From IMG/VR virus record IMGVR_UViG_3300037424_000450, positions 1-41,656 of that record: DNA of 41,656 bases; one strand, 5' to 3'. Origin of the DNA: a virus. Taxonomy: Duplodnaviria; Caudoviricetes. A model generated the notes under the pieces. It had not been told where the DNA came from and searched no databases. It worked only from the letters and a program-made list of their open reading frames with translations. The translations under genes and the position numbers were made by a program. This document shows, piece by piece, positions 16,254 through 26,900 of the stretch (position 1 is the first letter of the stretch; every line of letters starts with the position of its first letter).

Positions 16254-16870
16254 TCATCACGTACTGCGATATGCCTCTGTTGCAGACTTGCATCGAGAGC
16301 GCAATCGACTACGTGGACCGAATCGTTGTGGTGGACGGGATCTTCGAGGATTTCCCCCACATTCAAGGGGAACCGCCGTATTCTACAGACGGGACGCTCC
16401 AGTACCTTTCGAGCCTGGACAAGCCCGTTTCGCTCTCGGTGGTCCCGGACCTCTCGGAGGTCGAGAAGCGCAATCTTTATTTGATAGGCGAAGAAGGGGA
16501 CCGTTATCTTCATCTCGACGCCGACGAGTGGGTAGAGAACCCGGAGGTGCTCAAAGACCTCCCGGATGAGGATGTGCTGTTCTGCCCGATGTTCCGGGAC
16601 GGGGGCACGACGCAGTTCTACCCGCGAGTGTTCAGGCACTTCGAGGGGATACATTACGAGGGCCTTCACTACCGCCTGGTGGACGCCGACGGCGCGCTCT
16701 ACTGCGACATCCGCGAGACTGGGGAGGGCTACAGTTCTGAAAAGTTCGGGCTGAGGATCAGGCACGACAAGGACAAGCGCTCAAAAGACAGGGTGAAGGC
16801 GAAGCACCGATACTACAACGTTCTGACCGCGAAGGAGAAGATGGTGAAGGAGATGCTCAGGTATGGATAG
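16238..16870 (+). CDS. GT2-family glycosyltransferase
   Basis: LVIITY...CIES...IVVVDG...STDGT, LHLDADE, RVFR...YEGLH; GGAGG SD before GTG. Confidence 0.87.
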   Translation: MLNLVIITYCDMPLLQTCIESAIDYVDRIVVVDGIFEDFPHIQGEPPYSTDGTLQYLSSLDKPVSLSVVPDLSEVEKRNLYLIGEEGDRYLHLDADEWVENPEVLKDLPDEDVLFCPMFRDGGTTQFYPRVFRHFEGIHYEGLHYRLVDADGALYCDIRETGEGYSSEKFGLRIRHDKDKRSKDRVKAKHRYYNVLTAKEKMVKEMLRYG

Positions 16871-17357
16871 CGACCTGCTCGACCATATCAGGCTGTTGCT
16901 GGAGGACACCGGCACCTCGCCCGTCGTGACCGACGTGCAGATAACCAACCTCGCGAAACCAAGACGACGGCTCGTCTACTACGAGGCGCTGGTGACAGAG
17001 GATTACCTGACCTGGTACTACGAGGCACCCTACATCGAGACGACCGTCCTCGCCGATTCCTACGAGGGTACGGCTTTCGAGGAAGGCCCCTCGGGTGACT
17101 ACACCGCCGACCCGATAGAAGGCACAGTCACCTTCGACGTGGAGCAGTCCTCCGTCTACCTCAAGGGCTACATCTACGACCTGCTGGACATCGTCGCGAA
17201 CTGCTGGCTGGTCAAAGCTGGGATCTTGGACGCTTTCCCCGGCCTCTCCTATTCCCTCGGCGACGAATCGGTCGACAAAGGCGGGGCGAAGGAATACTGC
17301 ATATCGCAATACTGGCGGTATCGCACTAGCAAGGGGGGAAAGCTACGTCGGCGATGA
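16863..17357 (+). CDS. Head-tail connector/adaptor
   Basis: First neck-region gene; IRLLLED N-terminus; AAGGAG SD. Confidence 0.65.
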   Translation: MDSDLLDHIRLLLEDTGTSPVVTDVQITNLAKPRRRLVYYEALVTEDYLTWYYEAPYIETTVLADSYEGTAFEEGPSGDYTADPIEGTVTFDVEQSSVYLKGYIYDLLDIVANCWLVKAGILDAFPGLSYSLGDESVDKGGAKEYCISQYWRYRTSKGGKLRRR

Positions 17358-17725
17358 CAGACTCTATGAGGGCCGATACGTCCCGGATGATCGCGGACAA
17401 CCCCTCTACAATCACTATCACTCGCAAAACGTCAACGGTCACTGACGGGAAAAAGGCTTCCACCTCCGCAGACCTCGACCCGCAGACGTTCAGACTCTAC
17501 CACAAGAACAAGACCGAGAGGGTCAGGGAGGGAGATGACTTCCGCTTCCTGCGCGTTCGTCAGCTACGGATGCTCTGCGAATACGACGCCGATGTCACCG
17601 AGCACTCCGACGCGAACGAGGACACGTTCACCGCTGGCCCGACCTACCGGATAACCGACGTCCGAGAAATCAAGTGGGAAGGGGTCACGGTCTCGAAGCA
17701 ATGCACTCTTGAGGAGATGTCTTGA
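17354..17725 (+). CDS. Head closure protein
   Basis: Synteny, size, beta-rich, TYRITDV...CTLEE C-terminus. Confidence 0.6.
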   Translation: MTDSMRADTSRMIADNPSTITITRKTSTVTDGKKASTSADLDPQTFRLYHKNKTERVREGDDFRFLRVRQLRMLCEYDADVTEHSDANEDTFTAGPTYRITDVREIKWEGVTVSKQCTLEEMS

Positions 17726-17925
17726 GGCTGAAGAAGTACGCGCACCGCCACTGTTCCGAATGTCACGGTGAGATTCCATATGTAGATGACCTTGTCAGGG
17801 TGACGACCGAATACGCGGTCATCGAGAACCCGATAATGGGCAAGCGCGTGAAGGTCAAAGAAGTGGATTACGAGTGCAAGGACTGCCACTTCGACGAGCC
17901 TGTGGGTTTTCGCGAAAGACCATGA
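17722..17925 (+). CDS. Small zinc-binding protein
   Basis: CSEC and CKDC; TTGA and ATGA overlaps. Confidence 0.6.
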   Translation: MRLKKYAHRHCSECHGEIPYVDDLVRVTTEYAVIENPIMGKRVKVKEVDYECKDCHFDEPVGFRERP

Positions 17926-18260
17926 AGGGGATACTTAACGTCCTCGGCAACCTCGCCAAGGAAGTCTCCCGGACCAAGATCGCTTTAGCCGCCTACGGGC
18001 AGATGAGATTGGCCCCGGAAATGCAGACCTACGCTCAGACAAACGCCTCATGGCATGACATCTCATCGAACGCGAGACGGGGTCTGAAGGGCGGGTCTTA
18101 TATCAAGGGCGACAAGATAATCATCTACATCGCTCACCAAGTCGACTACGGCGTCTATCTGGAACTGGCGATGGACCAGGAGTACGCAATCCTCGACCCG
18201 ACCATAGAACATTTCAGAGCGATAGCCTGGGCCGAATACTCACGGATCATGAGGATGTAA
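17922..18260 (+). CDS. Neck protein (HK97 gp10-like)
   Basis: YAQTNASWHD..SNARRGL, IAHQVDYGVYLELA...YAILDPT. Confidence 0.8.
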   Translation: MKGILNVLGNLAKEVSRTKIALAAYGQMRLAPEMQTYAQTNASWHDISSNARRGLKGGSYIKGDKIIIYIAHQVDYGVYLELAMDQEYAILDPTIEHFRAIAWAEYSRIMRM

Positions 18261-18622
18261 TGGCGATAAGAGACGAGGTCGTGGACTACCTGCGAACGGC
18301 GCTCTATATGACGTTCGACGAGTTCTACCAGCCGCAGATAGCGAACAAGAACACCCCGAAGCCGTTCGGCGTGGTCCGCATTGGCGGAGACGAAGCGGTC
18401 CCGAAGCAGGGAATGATCAAACGCATACAGGTCATGGTCCACACCGACAGGGAGGACTACGACGACTTGGACGCACTGGTCTACCAGGTCATCACCGCAT
18501 TGAACGAGACGGAACTCACCTCGGGTATCCCGCAACACACCGGGACCTCGGGCGATTTCCACGACGATGACCGCGAGACCATTTTCAGGATAGTCGAATT
18601 CGAGGCAGTGATTGTGAGGTGA
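18260..18622 (+). CDS. Tail terminator / completion protein
   Basis: Synteny; TPKPFGVV...YDDLDALVYQVITAL. Confidence 0.7.
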   Translation: MAIRDEVVDYLRTALYMTFDEFYQPQIANKNTPKPFGVVRIGGDEAVPKQGMIKRIQVMVHTDREDYDDLDALVYQVITALNETELTSGIPQHTGTSGDFHDDDRETIFRIVEFEAVIVR

Positions 18623-18625
18623 CCC

Positions 18626-18862
18626 ATGAATGACTACAGCACCTTCCCGAAGGCGTCGAAACCGCCTCCGAGGAAGAAGCCAAAACCGGCACCGAAGCCG
18701 GTTGTTAAGGACCCGGTCCACGTAGCGGCCGGGTCTTTTCGTTACAGGTTCCTCTGCGACGGGACAGACATCGCCCTTATCGAGGGCACGTCTCCGCAGG
18801 GGCTGACCGAGGCACAGCTACGCGAACTGATCCGGTACAAGCATCTCAGGGAGGTGACATAA
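18626..18862 (+). CDS. Hypothetical protein with Pro/Lys-rich N-terminus
   Basis: GAGGTG SD; exactly fills the gap. Confidence 0.65.
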   Translation: MNDYSTFPKASKPPPRKKPKPAPKPVVKDPVHVAAGSFRYRFLCDGTDIALIEGTSPQGLTEAQLRELIRYKHLREVT

Positions 18863-19429
18863 ATGGCTGATTTCTACAACTCGATCAAGCAGATCCGGGT
18901 AACCGAACTCCTGGGAACGGGAGCCGCGGACCCGAGCGCAGTGGCGGTCTCATCGACCATCCCGAAGGAGCTCACGATCAAGCCGGTCTACATCGACGGC
19001 GAGGAAAAGGAGCAGCGGGGCGGCGATGCGGTCGTCTGCACGATCACGGAAGAGGACACGTTCAAGGGCGTGGATCTGGAACTCCTGCTCGCCTCCCTCG
19101 ACTACTCGATGAAGGAGGCAATCGCCGGGGGTACCCTGGTGATGAGTGGCCCGGACATCGTCGGTTGGGAGAGCATCAACACGCTCCCCGGCCCGTTCAA
19201 GCTCGAGGTCTGGGTGCCGCACTACGAGACTCCCAGCATAGGGACAGAGGTCGAAGGTGCCCTCGACGGCTACCTGAAGGTCGACTTCCCGTTCTGCAAG
19301 GGCCGTCTCGCGGACCACGACCACTCCGACAAGAAGTTCGGAGAGGACAAGTTCTCGATCAAAGCCCGTCCGAACCCGAGCTCGGGCGACGGCGCGATGC
19401 ACGAAGAGATCGTCTCCACGATCGTCTAG
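18863..19429 (+). CDS. Major tail (tube) protein
   Basis: GGAGGTG SD; position before the chaperones; acidic, beta-rich, VDFPFCKG. Confidence 0.75.
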   Translation: MADFYNSIKQIRVTELLGTGAADPSAVAVSSTIPKELTIKPVYIDGEEKEQRGGDAVVCTITEEDTFKGVDLELLLASLDYSMKEAIAGGTLVMSGPDIVGWESINTLPGPFKLEVWVPHYETPSIGTEVEGALDGYLKVDFPFCKGRLADHDHSDKKFGEDKFSIKARPNPSSGDGAMHEEIVSTIV

Positions 19430-19440
19430 GAGGAATTCAC

Positions 19441-19926
19441 ATGACCGAGGCAACACTTGACGGAGACGGCGCGAGCGTGCTTGAGCCGACATCCCTCGAG
19501 GACATCAAGAAGTTGAACACACACGGCGAAGAGGTTGTCATACTCCCGTCGTTCATGGATGGGACGCCGTTCACGGCTAAAGTTCGGCGTCCCGCCATCC
19601 TCCGCATGGCAAAAGACGGGAGGATTCCCAACACCCTTTCGGCGGCAGTCGATGACCTGATGGACGTCTCTGCCACCAGCGCGAGGACGGGGATCGCCGA
19701 GCGCACTCAAGTCCTGGAGATAATCGCCGCTGCTTGTCTGGTCGAACCGACCTACGAGCAGGTAGAGGAACACCTGGACTACGTGCAGTTGATGGCCTTG
19801 TGGTCATACGTCATGAACGGGGTGAACTCTCTCATCCCCTTTCGTGCGTTCCGCGAGCTTTTTTCTGCTAGCACGTACAAGCGAGCGGTTCAAGACACCC
19901 CCGTCGCAGTACCTGAACCTGACTGA
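19441..19926 (+). CDS. Tail assembly chaperone
   Basis: AGGAGG SD; KVRRPAILRMAKDGRIPNTL...ACLVEPTYEQ...GVNSLIPFR. Confidence 0.8.
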   Translation: MTEATLDGDGASVLEPTSLEDIKKLNTHGEEVVILPSFMDGTPFTAKVRRPAILRMAKDGRIPNTLSAAVDDLMDVSATSARTGIAERTQVLEIIAAACLVEPTYEQVEEHLDYVQLMALWSYVMNGVNSLIPFRAFRELFSASTYKRAVQDTPVAVPEPD

Positions 19927-20095
19927 CCCTTACGAAGCCTACTGTCTCGACGAGGCCGCCGGATACCTATTGAGCCTCGTCGAGTCAGGCAAAGAACCCT
20001 CATACTTCCGCGAGATGAGCCAGGCCGAGAAGGACGAGCAGCACAAAACGACGCTCTCGAAAGCCTGGGCACGACTGAAGGGAAAGAAGAAATAG
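19844..20095 (+). CDS. Tail assembly chaperone C-terminal extension (probable +1 frameshift product)
   Basis: PSQYL...DPYEAYCLDEA; lies between the chaperone and tape measure; no SD; +1 frame. Confidence 0.7.
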   Translation: MRSASFFLLARTSERFKTPPSQYLNLTDPYEAYCLDEAAGYLLSLVESGKEPSYFREMSQAEKDEQHKTTLSKAWARLKGKKK

Positions 20096-23000
20096 TTGTT
20101 CGGTAGCCTTGGAACAGTCTGGGCCGAGATGGGCCTGGACACCAGAAAACTTGATATGGGAGTGGCGAAAGCCTCCGCCTCTTTGAAGGGTTTGGAGGGC
20201 AAGCAGGCCGCGCTTTCAAACTCGATGAAGATGGCGGCTGGCGGCATAGCCCTCGTCGGAGGGGCCGTCGCTGTCGCCGCGGTGAAACTCGCTACCGACT
20301 TCGAGAGCGCCATGCACCGGGCCTGGAGTGTCACGGATGACACCAAAGAGGCGATGCAGGGCTGGTCGGATGAGGTCCTCAAGATGTCCAAGACGCTCCC
20401 GACTTCTGCTAAAGACCTCGCCGAAGCCCTCTACTGGATCAAGTCCGACATGCCCGACGCCACGGACGCCGAGCAGTTCAAGACGCTGGACATCGCCGCC
20501 AAGGGCGCGATCGGGGGGGTTGCCGAACTCTCCGACGCCACAGAAGCCCTCATCACCGTGCAGAACGCCTACAACGACATGAGGCCCGACCACTACATGG
20601 ACCTCATGAACTGGGCGGTCCAGAGAGGGTCTATCACCCTTCAGGATTTCGTCGGCAACATGGGAAAGGTGACCGGCACCGCTGCTGCTATGGACGTCCC
20701 CTTCAACGAGATAGCCGCCGCTATCGCTACTCTCACCCGAAAGGGAATCCCCGCCGAGACCGCTTTCATGGCCGTCAATAACCTCATGCTGAAGATGATA
20801 AACCCGACTGATGATGCTGCCGAAGCCGCAGCCGAACTCGGGCTGACCTTCGACTACAACACGCTCAAGGCAAAAGGTCTGGGCGGGATGCTGGCCGACA
20901 TCGCCGAGAGGGTCGGAGACGACAAGGGCAAGATCGTAGAACTCATCCCCGAACTCAGGGGATTGAAAGCCGCCTTCCCGCTGGCTGGTACAGCCGCCGC
21001 GGAATTCGCCGATGACCTCGCAAGGTCCGGTAACGTAGCCGGGACCTCTGCTGGGATGTACGGCAAGATGATGGACGACCCGGCAAAGAAGTTCGAACTC
21101 GCACTGAACAAGATGAAGACGCGGCTCACAGAAGTCGGCATAGACATGATGCCCGCACTCGAGAGGGCGCTGAAGAAAGTCACCGATATCCTCGACGGGA
21201 AGAACGAGGTCTTCAACGCCTTCGGCGACATCCTCAAAGGTGTGGCCAGTGCTACGTGGGATGTAATCGGAGCACTAAAGAGTATCTGGCCACTGCTTCT
21301 CGGGGTGGGCGCGGCCTTCGTGGCTTTCAAGCTCACCAATTTCGTCTCGTCAATCGTCTCTGCCACCTCAAGCCTCCCGCTCTTGAACAACGTCGTCGCC
21401 AACCTCAAACTCGGATTCACCTCTTCCACAGCCTCAGTCGGGGGACTTGCAACATCTCTCGGGACCATCGGGCTCATCGCGGCCCCTATCGCCATCGGTA
21501 TGGGGTATCTCATCAAGGGCATTCAGGACACCGACCATGCAGCAGAAGCCGCCTGGAAGTCGATGAAGGACTACGACGAGGTGGCCGCACAAAACGGCAT
21601 GACGCTCGCCACTCTGTTCACCAAGTACCGGGACCTTCGCGCAGCCCTTGCTGACACCTCCAAGTCTGAAGCCGAACACGCCGCTATCGCTCAGGAACTC
21701 GGACAGACCAAGGCTGAACTCGTGGACAAGTTTCCCGAGGTCGTGGCGGGATTCGACAGCGAGCGCAACGCGATACTCCGCACTGATGATGCTATACAGA
21801 AGCACATCGACAACCTCCTCAAGTACCAGAATATGCAGGGCGGGGCGCGTCCCGACAAGTCCAACCTCGAGAACTTCGAGGCTATCTCGCAGACCCTGGA
21901 CAAGATAGACGGCAAGCGGGGGAGCGTCGAGGGAACGATAACAAACGTGGTCGAGGAACTCGGCAAACTTGGCGACACGACGGGGATTCAGGCCAACCTC
22001 GACCAGCTCTGGCACGACATGGCGACAAGCCCCAAGGGAGCCAAGGCCGCAATCGAGGACTACCTGAACGTCCTCCAGGGTTCGGGACAACTGCCCGGCA
22101 TGGGCCTCGCGGAGAAGTTCGGCGTTGCCCCCGCTGCTTTCAACGATGTCCGGGCCGCGCTAGACAAGTACAGCCTCGCCGTCACCAACGCCGGGGGCTC
22201 GCTCGAGCAACTGGACGATAAGAGCGTCGAGGCGCAGGCGACACTCAGGAGCCTGGCTTCCTCAATGGTCTCAGCCGCGCAGGAGGCAGGTGTGGCGGGT
22301 CAGCAGATGCCGGACTTCATTCTTCAAGGATTCCTCTCCGCTCGACCGCAACTTCAGCAGGCCGGGGTGCAGTCACTGGCCGCTTTCGTCGAGGGTGCTT
22401 CAAAGGGAGCCGTCCCTGCTGATGCGGCGGGGCAAATCGCTCAGCAGATGTTCAACAGCGGGACGTTCACCGCCACAGGAGTGGAGTCTGTTGACAAGGC
22501 CCTGTCCGCAATGGCGGCGCAGTTCAAGGCGAACCGCTTTGGAGAGGCCATCGGCGAGAGTATCGGCAAGTGGTTCGGCGGGGGTAAAGAGGAGACAAAG
22601 AAAGTGGCCCTCAAGGTCACTGACGGCGGGTCTGGAGCGGCCACGGCTAAGTCACTGGACCAGGTGAGCGGCAAGGCCGACCAGTTGAACAAGAAGCGCC
22701 CGACGGTGAAGGCTCACGGCGACACCGCCCAGCCGAACTCCGCAATCACCAGACTCCTGAACCGCTGCGCCAACATCGACGGTCAGACACTAGCCACGGT
22801 CAACATCAAGGCTCAGATAATCGGCTCGGGGCCGTTCACCGCTGACGAGTATGTCCGCTACCTCGAGAACAAGATCGGCGGGGCGAAACCGCAGTTGACC
22901 GTCTCGGCGGGCATGGGGCCGATAGCAGGTGGCGGTCTGACAAGTGCTCTCGACAAAGCCATGGCGCGCCTGAACTCCACCTCTCTTGTCGGCTGGTCGA

Positions 23001-23947
23001 AGGATATGGACCTCGCGGCCGGCCGCTTCGGCAAGATGGAAGAGGCTATCCTCGCTCTTGGTGGCGACTTGGACGCGTGGCGCAACGTCCGCAAGGAATA
23101 TGACGACGCGAAGACCGCTCTTGCTGGATACGCAAAGCAGATAGAAGAGTCGGACGTCAGGCTGAACAAACTCCAGCACTCCCAGGAACTCCTGAACCGC
23201 TCGCTCTCCGAACACAAGGAACGGCTCTCGACGCTCCAGCAGATGAAGATGAAGGGCGAGGGCGCGGCCTCTGACAAGTCCTTCTCCCAGCAGCACGAAC
23301 TGAACCGCCTCCAGCTGGAGATCCTCAAGGCGCAGAAAGAAGGGCGTTTCAACGACGCCGCCCGTCTCGCCGGGGACAAGGCGAAGCTCGAGAAGGAAAA
23401 GGAGATCCTCGACCTCCAGACTCAGTACACCTACGAGGACGAGAAGCGCGCTCTTGAGAAGCTGATGGACCCGCTCAAGGGCAAGGAGATGACCTACAAG
23501 GAGATTGTCAAGCAGGTCAAAGCCGAGCAGAAGGTTATCGCGACACAGGAAGCGGCTCTGCGGAAGGTCGAGCGCGCGATCAACAGAGAGAAGGACGCGG
23601 TCTGGCTTCTCAAGAACCAGTTCGACGCCGCCACGAAAGTTGTCCAGGGCTACCAGAGTCAGATAGACGCGATGGCCGCCAACTTCCTCAAGCACTACGA
23701 CGAGATGATAGCGAAGCAGGAGGAACTCAATCGCCTGATGGCTGAGGGCACGCCGGGCGAGACGGGCGGAAGTATGGGCGTCTCCGGTCTTGGAGCGTCC
23801 AACGTCCGCGGCGCGGGGGGGAGCTTCTCGACGACCACGACCACGGTTGACAGTTTGACCATCCAGAACGCGTACTTCTATGGCGTCCAGAACCCCTCCG
23901 ACCTCAAGAAACAGTTGAAGGACTACAAGTTAAGGACAATGGTGTAG
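20096..23947 (+). CDS. Tape measure protein
   Basis: 1283 aa, Ala-rich helical; LGTVWAEMGLDT N-terminus; TP901-type DFESAM...MSKTLPTSAKDLAEALY core. Confidence 0.93.
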   Translation: MFGSLGTVWAEMGLDTRKLDMGVAKASASLKGLEGKQAALSNSMKMAAGGIALVGGAVAVAAVKLATDFESAMHRAWSVTDDTKEAMQGWSDEVLKMSKTLPTSAKDLAEALYWIKSDMPDATDAEQFKTLDIAAKGAIGGVAELSDATEALITVQNAYNDMRPDHYMDLMNWAVQRGSITLQDFVGNMGKVTGTAAAMDVPFNEIAAAIATLTRKGIPAETAFMAVNNLMLKMINPTDDAAEAAAELGLTFDYNTLKAKGLGGMLADIAERVGDDKGKIVELIPELRGLKAAFPLAGTAAAEFADDLARSGNVAGTSAGMYGKMMDDPAKKFELALNKMKTRLTEVGIDMMPALERALKKVTDILDGKNEVFNAFGDILKGVASATWDVIGALKSIWPLLLGVGAAFVAFKLTNFVSSIVSATSSLPLLNNVVANLKLGFTSSTASVGGLATSLGTIGLIAAPIAIGMGYLIKGIQDTDHAAEAAWKSMKDYDEVAAQNGMTLATLFTKYRDLRAALADTSKSEAEHAAIAQELGQTKAELVDKFPEVVAGFDSERNAILRTDDAIQKHIDNLLKYQNMQGGARPDKSNLENFEAISQTLDKIDGKRGSVEGTITNVVEELGKLGDTTGIQANLDQLWHDMATSPKGAKAAIEDYLNVLQGSGQLPGMGLAEKFGVAPAAFNDVRAALDKYSLAVTNAGGSLEQLDDKSVEAQATLRSLASSMVSAAQEAGVAGQQMPDFILQGFLSARPQLQQAGVQSLAAFVEGASKGAVPADAAGQIAQQMFNSGTFTATGVESVDKALSAMAAQFKANRFGEAIGESIGKWFGGGKEETKKVALKVTDGGSGAATAKSLDQVSGKADQLNKKRPTVKAHGDTAQPNSAITRLLNRCANIDGQTLATVNIKAQIIGSGPFTADEYVRYLENKIGGAKPQLTVSAGMGPIAGGGLTSALDKAMARLNSTSLVGWSKDMDLAAGRFGKMEEAILALGGDLDAWRNVRKEYDDAKTALAGYAKQIEESDVRLNKLQHSQELLNRSLSEHKERLSTLQQMKMKGEGAASDKSFSQQHELNRLQLEILKAQKEGRFNDAARLAGDKAKLEKEKEILDLQTQYTYEDEKRALEKLMDPLKGKEMTYKEIVKQVKAEQKVIATQEAALRKVERAINREKDAVWLLKNQFDAATKVVQGYQSQIDAMAANFLKHYDEMIAKQEELNRLMAEGTPGETGGSMGVSGLGASNVRGAGGSFSTTTTTVDSLTIQNAYFYGVQNPSDLKKQLKDYKLRTMV

Positions 23948-23949
23948 AT

Positions 23950-26900
23950 ATGCCACTGACACAGACCGACTCGGGTCTCGTCTTCCATGAATCCACCTGG
24001 GCCAGCTGCCCGGCGTGGCTCACTGAGGTCACGGACGCGAGCATAACCTACGCTGGCAACACGGCTATCCTCGACTCGACCGCAGGGACGTACGCTTTCC
24101 TCGTGACGACTGCCGACCTCGACAAGACGACGCAGTGGGTTACGAGGGTGAAGCTGATGGTCGGCGGTCAGAACATGTACCACGCCGCCAACCTCAATCT
24201 GGCGACAATCCCCGCAGTGGGGCCGGTGCTGGCGAATGACCTCTTTAGGAGTCTGTTCGCCTACAAAGGGGCTGCTACAGAGGCGGCTTCCGACGACCCG
24301 TATGACACGGAGATAATCGCGGACGGCGTACAACCGACCGCGGCCTACGCGATATTCGAGGTGGCGCACAGCGCGACGCAGGATGTTGTGACCATGCGGA
24401 CGGCTACCGGAGCGGTGGACAAGACGGCGACATGGACGTTCGGACCGCCCGCCCCCGTCTATGACTTCGACCCGTTCTGGGCCGTGGGAGATATCCTCTC
24501 CTCTCACCATACCGGCACGTTCACCATCGCCGTGATGCAGGTGGTCAAGGGACTCACCGCTACGGTTTCGGGCCTTGTAGCGGGTAATCATGTTGACGTA
24601 ACAGACCCCGCCGATGCTGTTGTTGCTCACGCGACTTCAGCCGGGGCGAGCGTAGCCGTGGACATCTCGACGTTGCAGTACCCGTACAACGGTAAAATCA
24701 AGGTCTACGACTCCGACGGCGGGACGCTCAAAGCGACCTACACCGGCAACGTCTACGGTGGCTGGACCGGGACCTACACGCCCCCGGTGCCTGTCATAAC
24801 CTCGCTCACCCCCGATAACGGATACTCCGGCGATACGGTAACGGTTGCAGGAACGGACTTCGGAGCGACGCAAGGCACGAGCACGGTAACTGTATCGGGC
24901 GTGGCCTGTACGGTCGTCTCGTGGGCGGATACATCACTCTCACTCACTATGCCAGCCTCAGTCACTGGCTCTCTCACGGTCACGACGGACTCGGGCGCGG
25001 ATTCGGAGACGTTCACCTACCTTGCCTCGCCGATACTCCGTTTCACCGACGGGATAGGCGGGTCAACCCTCTTGAACCTGAACGACGGGTCTTCCTATTA
25101 CTACATCGACGGCTCGTCGTTCCCCCTGCCGAAAGTCCTGTTGAACAAGGTCACGAATGAGAGCGCCCACGGCTCGCGTCTCGTCAACTGGCGCTTCGAC
25201 GACAACAAGATAACGCTTATGCTCGCGGTCCACGGCTCCTCCGAGACAGACCTGGACGCCAAGGTCAGAGTCCTTCTGAAGCGGCTCCTCAAAGAGGGCT
25301 GGCTGGAGTTTCGCATCTGGAACGCCGTCGGCTCTCTGTTCTACCGCACCCGACCCGTCACCCCGGAGTTCCCGGACTGGACGAAGAAGTGGGTGCGCGA
25401 CCAGTATTGGGCGACGGACATCACCATCGAGGTCGAGTGCGAGCCCGAGGTCAGGGGTTCGGAAGTCACACTTCACGGCATTGAGACTCTCGGCACGAAC
25501 GACAACTGGGCGGACAAGACCGGAGGCGTCCCGGACGGCTGGACGGAGATCGAGACGAATGCGGGAACGGTGACTTTCACCGACGGCCTGGTCTTCGATG
25601 AGTATCTTTTGAACACAACGAACGGCGGGACGGATGTCGCGGGGATAAGCGAAGACGACTATACCCCGGTTGATATAACGAAGCATCACCAACTGAGACT
25701 CGAGGCGGTCTGCACTGCCGGTTCGGCAATCATGGACATCGACTTCCTCTGCTACGACGACGCGAACAATCTCGTAGGCACAATCCATTATTTCGATGAC
25801 CCTTACACAGAGGCCGCCTACATCGAGGCCATACAGCGTTATAGCATCCTCCCCATAGAGCCCGCCGACTGGCCCGCTGGTACTACGAAGATCAAGCGCA
25901 CCATCTGTAACGACTCCACCGTCCTGTCCACCCTGAAGATTTCACACCTGTGGTTCGGCGTCGTGGATTACGTCGTGGGGCATAAGAACTCGGGGGTCAT
26001 CGGTATCGTAATCCCCGGCACCGACATCATCGGCGACTTCTCGGCGAAGATGGACGTTCATATCAATTCAATCCACGACCGCTTCACCGACTTGGCGCTC
26101 GGGCAGCGCCGAGACTATTCCTCCGCCTTCGACCCCGTCGTCGAACCCTCTGTAGGCTCACAGGTGTATCTGAGGACTCGACGCTCACAGGACTACCGGA
26201 CTATCGCGGCTCTCGCTGAAATGGTCGTGAACGGCAACTGGTCGGCTATCACCGGGGGCGCGGGGAACACGACGAACTGGACGAACTGGGCGGAGACACG
26301 AACGGGGACGGGCGTCATGCAGCCCGACGGGGGCGGAGGGATAGAAGCATATCTCATTGCGAAAACTGATGTTGTCAGCAACCTCTCAGACGCGATCGCT
26401 GTCGACCCGACAGATACACACAGGGTCGTCTTCAGGGGAGAGCGAGTCGGGTCTGACACGGTAACGCAAACTTGGGTCTATGCGTATTTCTACAACGTCG
26501 GAGCGACCCTGATAGGCAGCAAGTTGTTGCTTCAGGATGTTTTCACCACGGAGGAACAGGACTACATCGCCTATATCAACCCCGCCGACTTCCCGACCGG
26601 GACCACCTCGCTGAAGTTCTATGTCGTCGCCGCTTGCTATACCTCCTTCCCCTCCCCCTCGGCGAGGCACTACTGGAGGTCGATATCGCTGTCAGTGGTC
26701 ACTCCCATAACCGCGACGTTCCCCGTCGAAGACCACGAGGGACGCTACTACATCTCGGCGGGGGTCTCGTTCGGGGCTTCAAACGCGAATGACGACCTTG
26801 CGCTCTCGACGCTCTTGAAGACGACTGCGGGGCAGGAGATGACGGGCTCGACCAGTCCGCAGGTGATAGACCCGGAGAACCCGAACACGAAGTTCAAAGA

